Assembly: GCF_000020025.1 (NCBI RefSeq)
Contig: NC_010628.1
Coordinates: forward strand, 6,450,001-6,482,000
Direction: 5' to 3'
Source: Nostoc punctiforme PCC 73102
GTDB taxonomy: Bacteria > Cyanobacteriota > Cyanobacteriia > Cyanobacteriales > Nostocaceae
Length of the DNA stretch: 32,000 bases
The position numbers and the translations under genes were made by a program. The stretch's first letter is position 1; every line of letters begins with the position of its first letter. A model generated the notes under the pieces. It saw only the letters and a program-made list of their open reading frames with translations. It was not told the DNA's origin and made no database searches. Positions 9,072 to 17,221 of this stretch are shown here, piece after piece.

Positions 9072-10652
9072 TCATAGTGTTACTGTATATGCGTCCCGAA
9101 TACCAGGGACTTTTATAATCTCATCTAAAATGCCCTCTGGTAAAGGGTCATCTATACTCAGAGCCATTACCGCATCACCACGGACGATTTTACGGCCTAC
9201 TTGCATACTGGCAATATTCACATTAAAACTGCCGAGTAAAGAACCAAGTTTGCCGATAATCCCTGGCATATCGCGGTGCAGGGTAAACAGCATATATTTG
9301 CTGGGTGGGACGTTAATGGGGAAACCGTCAACATCAGTTAGGTGGATTTCCCGTTCACCCAGCAAAGCACCTGTGACAGAATGAGTACCCAAAGTACCCG
9401 TGGCTTCTAGATGAAGCGTTCCGGCATAGTCTCGAATAGAAGCATCGCGGGTTTCAATTACCCGAATTCCGCGTTCTTTGGCTTCTATGCTGGCATTAAC
9501 GTAATTTACCCGTTCCCGCAAAGCTTGGTAAAGTAATCCTTTGAGGGCAGCTACTACCAAAGGCTGACTTTTGTTGGTTGCGAGTTCGCCTTGCAGACGA
9601 ATATTGAGTACTTCCACCCGTCCGCCAGCTAGCTGTCCTACTAGATTACCTAGAGTTTCTGCTAGTTGCATGTATGGTTTGAGTTCTTCCAACACATCGG
9701 GGCCGAGTCCGGGAATGTTGACGGCTGAACGCGCTGGTAGTCCTAAAAGTACATCCCGAATTTGTTCGGCAACATCAATCGCCACATTTACTTGAGCTTC
9801 TGCGGTAGAGGCTCCCAAGTGGGGGGTGAGGATAACTTCTTTGCCTAGCGATCGCAATTCTGATTCACCCAGTGGTTCTGACTCGAACACATCCAGGGCT
9901 GCACCGCCTATTTTTCCCGCTTTTAGAGCTGCTGCTAAAGCTACTTCATCAATGATCCCACCACGAGCGCAGTTGATAATCCGGGCTGTGGGTTTCATTT
10001 TTGCCAGGGTTGTGGCATTGATTAAGTGGGTAGTCTCTGGAGTTTTCGGGATGTGTAGGGTGATATAGTCTGCTTGCTGGAAGAGTAAATCTAGCTCCAC
10101 CAACTGACAGCCAATTTGTTCAGCTCGTTCTGTAGAAATAAAAGGGTCATAAGCTAAGAGTTTCATCCCCATTGTCTTAGCTACAGCCGCAACATGGGAG
10201 CCAATTTTACCCAAACCGACAACGCCGAGAGTTTTTTTGTAGACTTCCGCGCCGACAAAGCTATTGCGATCCCACGCGCCGCGTTTCACCGAAGCGTTAG
10301 CATCCGGGATGTGGCGAGACAAAGCCAAAATCATTGCTAGTGCGTGTTCGGCGGCGGCAATTGTGTTTCCCTCTGGAGAATTGACTACTACAATTCCCCG
10401 GCGTGTGGCTGCGGGAACATCCACATTATCCACACCCACGCCAGCACGACCGATGATTTTTAGCTGAGTGCCGGCTTCAATGATTTCTTGAGTGACCCGC
10501 GTACTAGAGCGAATCATCAGTGCGTCATATTCACCAATAATTTCGAGCAGTTGGGCTGGTTTTAGACCTATTTTGACATCAACAGTAGCAACTTGCGAAA
10601 GAATGTCAATTCCAGCTTGGTCAATAGAATCAGAGACAAGAACCTTAGACAT
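9072..10652 (-). CDS. serA: D-3-phosphoglycerate dehydrogenase
   Basis: 526 aa. It has the NAD-binding motif GVVGLGKIGSHVA, a 2-hydroxyacid dehydrogenase catalytic region, and a C-terminal ACT domain (MLFTLHRDMPGIIGKLGSLLG). Confidence 0.95.
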   Translation of the reverse strand: MSKVLVSDSIDQAGIDILSQVATVDVKIGLKPAQLLEIIGEYDALMIRSSTRVTQEIIEAGTQLKIIGRAGVGVDNVDVPAATRRGIVVVNSPEGNTIAAAEHALAMILALSRHIPDANASVKRGAWDRNSFVGAEVYKKTLGVVGLGKIGSHVAAVAKTMGMKLLAYDPFISTERAEQIGCQLVELDLLFQQADYITLHIPKTPETTHLINATTLAKMKPTARIINCARGGIIDEVALAAALKAGKIGGAALDVFESEPLGESELRSLGKEVILTPHLGASTAEAQVNVAIDVAEQIRDVLLGLPARSAVNIPGLGPDVLEELKPYMQLAETLGNLVGQLAGGRVEVLNIRLQGELATNKSQPLVVAALKGLLYQALRERVNYVNASIEAKERGIRVIETRDASIRDYAGTLHLEATGTLGTHSVTGALLGEREIHLTDVDGFPINVPPSKYMLFTLHRDMPGIIGKLGSLLGSFNVNIASMQVGRKIVRGDAVMALSIDDPLPEGILDEIIKVPGIRDAYTVTL

Positions 10653-11276
10653 GATTACTTCATTTAAAGCTACAGGTTTTGCTGCACAAGACTTTTTAGT
10701 TTAGTCTTTATCTGTCGCAATTCAGCAAAAATTATTCGTTTTAATATCAACTTAACCTTTACTTACGCTACGTGCTGATGGTATCGAAGCGTAAGTTGCT
10801 CCCGGTGGGTACGGCCTCCTAAGTATTTGAAGATGAGTGGCTGTTTGCACAACCCTGTCGCTAAATATAAAGCATTAATAGCACTAAGCACTTATATATT
10901 TATTAATAGTTAAGAGTTACTCAAATCTTATCAGCTTCAGCAATTTTCTTGGTGGGGTAGAAACGCTTGCATTGTTGGCTGGGCTGCAACTTTAGCTGAG
11001 GCAATGCTCTGCACAACTAAGAAATGAGCTAGTAACTATTTTATCTGTAGAATCTTAGTTATTTATCAATACCACAAGTGGTATCACTTAGTCAAAATAA
11101 AATATTTACATCATCAAGATTATCGGATCGGAATAAGTAGGTAGACGTAAATCCTAATCATTAATCTACGTGCGTTACCAAACAGCCCTTTTGTAGATAT
11201 TGCTAGTGGAGAAATCGCTATAATTCTGATGAGCCAAATAGAGCCAAATATCCTTTGATTTTTGGGGAAACCAGCG

Positions 11277-12080
11277 ATGTTAAACTACAACTTGCCAAGG
11301 CACTTGCCCTCAGCCGAGGAACTACCAGATTCTGATGAAACGCCCGTGGATAATGAACTGCAAGAATTGATACCAGGTTTGCTGAAGGCGATCCTGCTGC
11401 TACTTTGGGCAGAACGTATGGACTGGCTATTTGCCATAGATATGGGTATTTATTATCACCCCGATAAACCGCCCATTGTGCCAGATGGGTTTTTGAGCTT
11501 AGGGGTAGAGCGGTTTTATGATGAAGAGTTGCGTCCCAGTTATGTACTGTGGGATGAAAATGTTGTACCGATTTTCGTGCTAGAAGTAGTTTCTCAAAAT
11601 TATCGCAAGGAATACACGACTAAATTGGATGAATATGAGGCTTTGGGTGTACTTTACTATGTGATTTATTCCTCTCGTCGCCGCCGCAAACCTCATCTGG
11701 AAGTACATAAGTTAGTTAATGGTAAGTATGAATTGCAAGAGGGAAACCCCGTTTGGCTACCAGAAATTGGTTTAGGAATTGGTTGCGAAAGAGGAAATTA
11801 TTGTGGCGTAACGCGGGAATGGATGTATTGGTATGATGAGCAAGGACAACGATATCTCACGCCCGCAGAACAAGTAAAACAAGAAGTACAACGCGCTCAA
11901 CAAGAAGCACAACGCGCTCAACAAGAAGCACAACGCGCTCAACAAGAAGCACAACGCGCTCAACAAGAAGCACAACGCGCTCAACAAGAAGCGCAACGCG
12001 CTAATGTCGCAGAACAACGGGTTCAACAGTTGGCGGAACAATTAAGAGCGCTGGGAATAGATCCAGATAATCTGGTCTAA
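11277..12080 (+). CDS. Uma2/DUF820-family (PD-(D/E)xK fold) protein with a C-terminal heptad-repeat tail
   Basis: I prefer the ATG at 11277 (MLNYNLPRHLPSAEELPDSDETPVDNELQ) to the track's TTG at 11262. LPDSDxxPVDN, PDGFLSLGV and FVLEVVS match the Uma2 core. The tail is KQEVQRA followed by 5 x QQEAQRA, ending LRALGIDPDNLV. Confidence 0.8.
   Translation: MLNYNLPRHLPSAEELPDSDETPVDNELQELIPGLLKAILLLLWAERMDWLFAIDMGIYYHPDKPPIVPDGFLSLGVERFYDEELRPSYVLWDENVVPIFVLEVVSQNYRKEYTTKLDEYEALGVLYYVIYSSRRRRKPHLEVHKLVNGKYELQEGNPVWLPEIGLGIGCERGNYCGVTREWMYWYDEQGQRYLTPAEQVKQEVQRAQQEAQRAQQEAQRAQQEAQRAQQEAQRAQQEAQRANVAEQRVQQLAEQLRALGIDPDNLV
11877..12002 (+). repeat. 21-bp in-frame tandem repeat (about 6 units; 4 identical, 1 with a synonymous change, 1 degenerate)
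   Basis: caacaagaagcacaacgcgct repeats head-to-tail from 11898. A degenerate unit lies at 11877-11897, and the last unit has gcg in place of gca. Confidence 0.95.
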
Positions 12081-12103
12081 CTGAAATATTTTGCAATATT
12101 TTC

Positions 12104-12130
12104 AACAAAACCTAAAAATTAGGTTTTGTT
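12104..12130. terminator. Bidirectional hairpin between convergent genes (aacaaaaccta/taggttttgtt)
   Basis: Perfect 11-bp stem with a 5-nt loop. Flanks are A/T-rich on both sides. It lies between the Uma2 stop (12080) and the cyclase stop (12179). Confidence 0.6.
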
Positions 12131-12178
12131 AGATTTCTGTATTTTTTCATAAATGATTGTTGAAATTTCTACATCTCA

Positions 12179-13789
12179 TCAATTAGATTGCACACGCTTG
12201 ATGCAATTGCGCCCATGTAATTTAGCAGCATATAGCGCTTGATCCACTACTTGCAATAACTCATCAGTGGTTTTTCCATGATCTGGAAACACACCCACTC
12301 CACCCGAAACTGTTGTATGTATTTGTTTACCTCCAGATTCCAACTGTGCAGCTTGAAAGGATAACCGGATCTGTTCGGCGTGCTGATATGCTTTCTCCTG
12401 TGTTAGTCCAGGTAAAGCCAATACAAACTCCTCACCACCATATCTACACACAATGTTTTGAGAATCACTATAGTTGCGAAGAAGGTCTGCAAATACCTGA
12501 ATGACGCGATCGCCAGCTTGATGACCGAATGTATCATTAATATTTTTAAAATAATCAATATCCATAATTATCAAGGCAACTCGATCGGAATCCCGCATTG
12601 CTCGTATTAGTTCTTTTGGGAATATCTCATCAAAATAACGCCGATTAAACAAGCCTGTCAGTCCGTCCCGCATAGCCTGTTCTCTTAACTGAACCTGTAA
12701 TGTTTGAATTTCAAGTACCTGTTTGTGCAAATATTCATTCGCCTGTCGCAGTTCCGATTCAGCCTGATAACGTTGAGTAATGTCACGCAAAACAAGTAAA
12801 CGGCCTGTTAACTGCTTGCGTCGATTGTGTAATGAGGTAATTAGTAACTCTACATAACAAGGAGTTACCGAATCTATGAATATCTCTATTTTGACGCTTT
12901 CATAAGTATGGTACAGTCTGACTATTTCTGGCCATTGTGCCAGAACTTGAGCAGCAGGCTGTCCAATATCCTGTTTTTTCACCCCAATCAGATGTTTTAA
13001 AGCCAGATTAAAGTCAATAATCCGGTTTTTGGCATCCAATACCAGCACACCGTCACTCATATTCTCAATCAACGTGTCTCTAGCTACAGGAACGAGGTCA
13101 AACATTCGAAAGCGAGAAAGGCTAACAAAATAGAACAGTCCGGCCAGCATAAAACTCATGGGAGTAATATTTAGACCAGGCGGAGTGAGGCGGAGCATAT
13201 ACAAGCTAGCGCCTAATATTGGTAATACTGCACCGACTAATGCCATGCTTGACTGCCGACGAGACAGAACTGATGGCACTAAGGCTTTCTGAATAAGCAT
13301 TACTACCCCTGTAAGCGTGTAGAGGTAAACACAGATCATGATCCAAAAAAAACCAAGATTATGTTGATAAATCACAAAATTAGTTCCTTTGGGATCTGGC
13401 AAAAAGCCAGACCAGACTAAACCATGCCATTCGTTTGTTGCCACCAAAATCATATTGAAGGTAGGGATAGCCCATAGCAACGCTGTATTTCGAGGCGTTA
13501 ACCAACGATTTTTATTCGTGAAGTGCATTGCAAATATGAGGAAGAGTGTAATTACGCTGCCGGAGCCGACATACTCCAGCTTTGACCAAAATATTTTTTC
13601 TCGGAGCATAATTGCTCCTGCTTCCATTGCTGCAACTGTAGCGTATCCTGCGATCGCTAACATCATCGAAATAAAAGGCTTGCTAGCCAAAGAAATTGAG
13701 CGACGTTGCCAAGCTGCAAACGCAACAGTAACTGAGATGATTACAGTAATGCTCAGAATAACAAAGTAGAGATTGTACTGAAAAAGCAT
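12179..13789 (-). CDS. Membrane sensor diguanylate cyclase (N-terminal 7TM sensor region, PAS, coiled coil, GGDEF)
   Basis: I prefer the ATG at 13789 (MLFQYNLYF...) to the upstream TTG. There are about 7 hydrophobic helices, then a PAS-like LIENMSDGVLVLDAKNRIIDFN. The GGDEF domain has DIDYFKNINDTFGHQAGD and RYGGEEF. I see no RxxD I-site five residues upstream of GGEEF. Confidence 0.9.
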   Translation of the reverse strand: MLFQYNLYFVILSITVIISVTVAFAAWQRRSISLASKPFISMMLAIAGYATVAAMEAGAIMLREKIFWSKLEYVGSGSVITLFLIFAMHFTNKNRWLTPRNTALLWAIPTFNMILVATNEWHGLVWSGFLPDPKGTNFVIYQHNLGFFWIMICVYLYTLTGVVMLIQKALVPSVLSRRQSSMALVGAVLPILGASLYMLRLTPPGLNITPMSFMLAGLFYFVSLSRFRMFDLVPVARDTLIENMSDGVLVLDAKNRIIDFNLALKHLIGVKKQDIGQPAAQVLAQWPEIVRLYHTYESVKIEIFIDSVTPCYVELLITSLHNRRKQLTGRLLVLRDITQRYQAESELRQANEYLHKQVLEIQTLQVQLREQAMRDGLTGLFNRRYFDEIFPKELIRAMRDSDRVALIIMDIDYFKNINDTFGHQAGDRVIQVFADLLRNYSDSQNIVCRYGGEEFVLALPGLTQEKAYQHAEQIRLSFQAAQLESGGKQIHTTVSGGVGVFPDHGKTTDELLQVVDQALYAAKLHGRNCIKRVQSN

Positions 13790-13927
13790 GGTGACGATGC
13801 ACTTAAGAGATGATCTCAACCTTATGAGATAAGTTTGAGCAAGTCATGATGTTCCAGTAATTTTTATAATTACTTGAAAGTGGTTAAGTTACAGCAGAAT
13901 TTGGAATCCTGCATAATTACAGAAAAA

Positions 13928-14824
13928 CTATTGTTTTTTAGGAATAACGTTCCTGATTCCACTTTTAGCAGAGACAGTATCACCTTTGTAGCGAGGGATG
14001 ATATGAATACTGGCGTGCATAATATTTTGACCTGCGGCTCTATTGATGTTCATTCCTACATTAAAGCCATCAGGCTCAAATTCACTTTTGATAATTTCTT
14101 GTACTTTGTTCACCATAAACCAGCAAGCAGATTGCTCTTTAAATGGGAGTTCAAAATAGCTGCTAACATGACGTTTAGGAATAATTAGAACATGTCCTTT
14201 AATTATTGGATAGCCATCAAAAATAGCATAAGCAGTTGCTGACTCAGTTAATAGTCTGAGAGTTTTATGGGGATTACAGAATATACAATAGTTAGATGAA
14301 TTTCGCTGATGATTATAGTGGACATACTCATATACTTCCCGATATTCATCTAAGCAAATTGAAGTAAAGGGAAGTTTTGCAATACACTGATAAGTAGGTT
14401 TTTTATGAATATAATGTTCTCGAAACCCTTCTTTTCTAATATCCCTTCTCACAGCATAATAAGCTTTTCCTCCTGGTTTTAATAAGTGCGATATTTCCAT
14501 TAAGACATTAGTTTGTTCTTCGGGAAATAAAACATTTAAAACATAAAAGCAAATTATTGTATCAAATTTATTATCAGGATATTCTGGAAAATAATAAGGG
14601 TCATAGCCTGTAATATCACAACCTTTTTGGCGCAATATTTTAACATCATTACCAAAGCCACAACCAAAGTCTAGTATTTTGCCTTGGAGAAGGTTTTGAT
14701 TTAATAAAAACTGTGCCGGAAATGATAGATAACTTCTTTCGATCGCAGTAAGATGACTGAACTGATTTTTTTGCTGTTTCATAGAATTTTGGTGCTGATG
14801 TCCCAAAATTATTATTCCCAGCAT
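13928..14824 (-). CDS. Fusion protein: class I SAM-dependent methyltransferase (N-terminal) + HIT-family domain (C-terminal) with a variant H-x-S-x-H motif
   Basis: SAM motif I is ILDFGCGFGNDV, followed by GYDPYYFP and FYVLNVLF. The C-terminal half reads GHVLIIPKRHV...NRAAGQNIMHASIHIIPRYKGD...GIRNVIPKK, which is HIT-like. The start may instead be the internal ATG 14 codons downstream (MKQQKNQ). Confidence 0.75.
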   Translation of the reverse strand: MLGIIILGHQHQNSMKQQKNQFSHLTAIERSYLSFPAQFLLNQNLLQGKILDFGCGFGNDVKILRQKGCDITGYDPYYFPEYPDNKFDTIICFYVLNVLFPEEQTNVLMEISHLLKPGGKAYYAVRRDIRKEGFREHYIHKKPTYQCIAKLPFTSICLDEYREVYEYVHYNHQRNSSNYCIFCNPHKTLRLLTESATAYAIFDGYPIIKGHVLIIPKRHVSSYFELPFKEQSACWFMVNKVQEIIKSEFEPDGFNVGMNINRAAGQNIMHASIHIIPRYKGDTVSAKSGIRNVIPKKQ

Positions 14825-14844
14825 CTCTTTAGGTTATGCGATGT

Positions 14845-15666
14845 CTACAACGCGCTATTCGGTGTCGCATCAGGGTCAATACCTAGCTCACGTAACTTAG
14901 CTGCTAATATATCAGCACGTTGACGTTCCTGTTCAGCACGTTGGCTTTCCTGTTCAGCGCGTTGACGTTCTTGTTCAGCGCGTTGACGTTCTTGTTGGGC
15001 TTGTTCGCTGCTCCACAACAGCAAATTCCCTTTTGTATCCCACCAGCGCAGCCAATTCATGGTTTGACATAATCTTTCACCTTGCCAAATTCCCAGAAAT
15101 AACTCTAACTCAGGAATCCAGTAACGTCCATTAGCGTCTCCTTGCTGCAAAGTATATTGTCCATTTTGCAAGCACCGTAATTCTATGCTTGGTTCGTAAG
15201 GGTCGTAGGTTACGTAGGTTGGAACTTGGAGAATCTTTTCGTAATAATAGAGTTTACCGTAAGGCGGAGTTGAACGGACTGATAATTCTCCACCTTCTGT
15301 ATCTGAGAGAAATTCCATCACTACAGCCACAGCAGCACCTTCTAAATTTGGGGTGTAGCTACGACGAACTACATTTGTTCCCACAGACTGCACTTGAGGA
15401 ACGTAAAACCAGTCTGGGGCTTTGACAACGATTTTTTTGTTGACTGTGGCTACAAGCCCAAAATTAGAGCCAATCAGCATTTGAGGTTGGATGCGTCCTG
15501 CGGTTCCCAAAGCATCAGTAAGCGCAGCAGCGATCGCAGGTTGTTGAATATTTTCCACTGGATCGTCAGGTAAAATGAAGTCGGCTGGCAGTGCTTCCCA
15601 AGTAACAATTGGTTCTTTTTGGATGGGGTTAACTTGTAGAACCATAAAATTATTCCTAATATCCAT
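14845..15666 (-). CDS. Uma2/DUF820-family protein with a C-terminal heptad-repeat tail (paralog of 11277..12080)
   Basis: 273 aa. LPADFILPDDPVENIQQ, APDWFYV and AVVMEFLS match the Uma2 core. The tail is EQERQRA-type heptads ending LRELGIDPDATPNSAL. Its stop lies 20 nt upstream of the methyltransferase-HIT start on the same strand. Confidence 0.8.
   Translation of the reverse strand: MDIRNNFMVLQVNPIQKEPIVTWEALPADFILPDDPVENIQQPAIAAALTDALGTAGRIQPQMLIGSNFGLVATVNKKIVVKAPDWFYVPQVQSVGTNVVRRSYTPNLEGAAVAVVMEFLSDTEGGELSVRSTPPYGKLYYYEKILQVPTYVTYDPYEPSIELRCLQNGQYTLQQGDANGRYWIPELELFLGIWQGERLCQTMNWLRWWDTKGNLLLWSSEQAQQERQRAEQERQRAEQESQRAEQERQRADILAAKLRELGIDPDATPNSAL
14913..14996 (-). repeat. 21-bp in-frame tandem repeat, 4 units (imperfect)
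   Basis: The four units are cagcacgttgacgttcctgtt, cagcacgttggctttcctgtt, and cagcgcgttgacgttcttgtt twice, read directly. Confidence 0.9.
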
Positions 15667-16031
15667 GCACAGTATATAGTTATTTTTAACAAATCTTCAG
15701 TTTGCACATCTGTGCGATCGCAGCATATAAATTCAGATAATCTTAAGTTTTGGATGAATAGACTCGCACTGCCTAAAAACCCAGAAATCTAGAAAGATTT
15801 CTCAGACTGGTGTATATACTCTTATTCAAGCACTTAGCAAGCGTGAATATTATGCTGGAATGGTTTATTGGCTGGATAGCAAGCAATGCCTTTCTGCATC
15901 GGAAATTTTTAGAATATTTCTGTACTTGGGAGTTTGTCTGGCAGTTTGAGAAGGAAGGCAGTATTTCAATTGAGGATCTCAAAACTGAAGTTTTTGGCAA
16001 ACACTGGCAAGATGAAACTTGGCATGAGGTA

Positions 16032-17221
16032 AGCTAATCGGCACTAAAGTTGCATAATAATAATGTGAAGTAGTATAAAAGCAGCTATGCCGCCACCAGC
16101 CAAAGACTTTTTAACGCCGTCACAAGTCGGCAAGCTACAGCAGGCTTTAAAAGAAAGCGGCCAACCACACGTCAGGGAAAGAATTTTAATTATTCTTCTA
16201 CAAAATGATGGGAAGCCGCAACACGAAATTGCTAAATTTTTAGGCTGCTCGCCTAGAACCGTGGCGTATTGGTGTATGCATGGAGATCCAGACAATTTAG
16301 AAACCCTGCATAATAAAAGAGAGTACGAACATTATCGAAAAGCTACTCCTGAATATATTGAACTGTTATTAAAAACTGTTGACCAAGAACCATCAGATTT
16401 AGGGTATGAATTTGGCAAATGGACGGCAGAGAGATTAACCACATATTTAACCGAAAAAACAGGGATAGATTTAAGTAGCTCTCAAGTAAGGAGGATATTA
16501 AAGCGAAAAAAGTATAGTTATATCTGGGCTAAATATGATCTGGAAGATAAACAAAAACCCCAAGAAAGAGCCAAGTTCAAGGAGAAACTTACTCAATATT
16601 TATCAATAGCGCGAGAAGAACCAGACCGTTTGCAGGTATGGTTTTGGGACGAGAGTGGTTTTAGTTTACGAGTGATTCGCCGAAAGAACTGGGGTAAAAA
16701 AGGAAAACGCAAAAATGTTCTATTGCTTCGGCGCTGTGGTCGCGTTAATGTGATGGGAGCAATCAGAGAATCAGACCGAAAACGGGTATGCTTTTTTGTC
16801 AAAAAAGGTAATGCAGATATTTTTTATGAGCAATTACAACAATTGAATGAATTAATTAAACAAGAGTGGGCTAGTATTGGGAACCTTGGTAAAGATTTCT
16901 CCAAGCATGGGCCGAAGATTATTTTAATTTTAGACAATGCTAGTTTTCATAAGCGCAAAGATATTATAGCTAAAATATCTGAAGAATTTCCAAACTTTGT
17001 TTTAGAATTTTTGCCTGCTTACAGCCCTGATTACAACATTATCGAATTAGTTTGGCACTCATGTAAAGAATATATTGCTCACCGCCTGTTTAAATCAGTA
17101 GATGAATTGCAAGCACTGCTAGATAAACTATTAAACCAAGGTGAGTTACTGATTAAGTGGCATCGGAAAATCAAAAATAAAGGCAATGTCAACTATGTTG
17201 CAGCTTAAATGCTGATTAGCT
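16032..17221 (+). mobile_element. IS630-family insertion sequence, apparently intact, flanked by a TA target-site duplication
   Basis: Left end agctaatcggcactaaagttgcataataat and the reverse complement of the right end, agctaatcagcatttaagctgcaacatagt, form imperfect terminal inverted repeats (about 22/30). TA lies at 16030-16031 and again at 17222-17223. The element carries a single DDE transposase ORF. Confidence 0.85.
16087..17208 (+). CDS. IS630-family DDE transposase
   Basis: 373 aa. It has an N-terminal HTH region, then WFWDESGF (D), LILDNASFHK (D) and PAYSPDYNIIELVW (E). This is the IS630/Tc1-mariner-like DD(35)E layout. The stop codon lies inside the right IR. Confidence 0.9.
   Translation: MPPPAKDFLTPSQVGKLQQALKESGQPHVRERILIILLQNDGKPQHEIAKFLGCSPRTVAYWCMHGDPDNLETLHNKREYEHYRKATPEYIELLLKTVDQEPSDLGYEFGKWTAERLTTYLTEKTGIDLSSSQVRRILKRKKYSYIWAKYDLEDKQKPQERAKFKEKLTQYLSIAREEPDRLQVWFWDESGFSLRVIRRKNWGKKGKRKNVLLLRRCGRVNVMGAIRESDRKRVCFFVKKGNADIFYEQLQQLNELIKQEWASIGNLGKDFSKHGPKIILILDNASFHKRKDIIAKISEEFPNFVLEFLPAYSPDYNIIELVWHSCKEYIAHRLFKSVDELQALLDKLLNQGELLIKWHRKIKNKGNVNYVAA

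Noticed and set aside
9130-10704. A series of + strand ORFs (67-84 aa) antisense to serA
   Set aside because: They lie wholly within, or at 10492-10704 almost wholly within, a confidently identified, motif-complete gene on the opposite strand. Their Ser/Pro/Arg-rich composition is typical of antisense frames. No independent support exists.
13928-14824. The methyltransferase half as a DNA N6-adenine/N4-cytosine MTase forming a classical R-M pair with Uma2
   Set aside because: There is no (D/N/S)PP(Y/F) or PCQ catalytic motif. The nearest string is DPYY in GYDPYYFP, which does not fit. The substrate therefore remains unknown.
11262-15666. The two Uma2 genes acting as inverted ends of a composite transposon carrying the cyclase and the MTase-HIT gene
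   Set aside because: The paralogs are similar only at the protein or architecture level. I see no extended DNA identity, terminal inverted repeats or target duplications.
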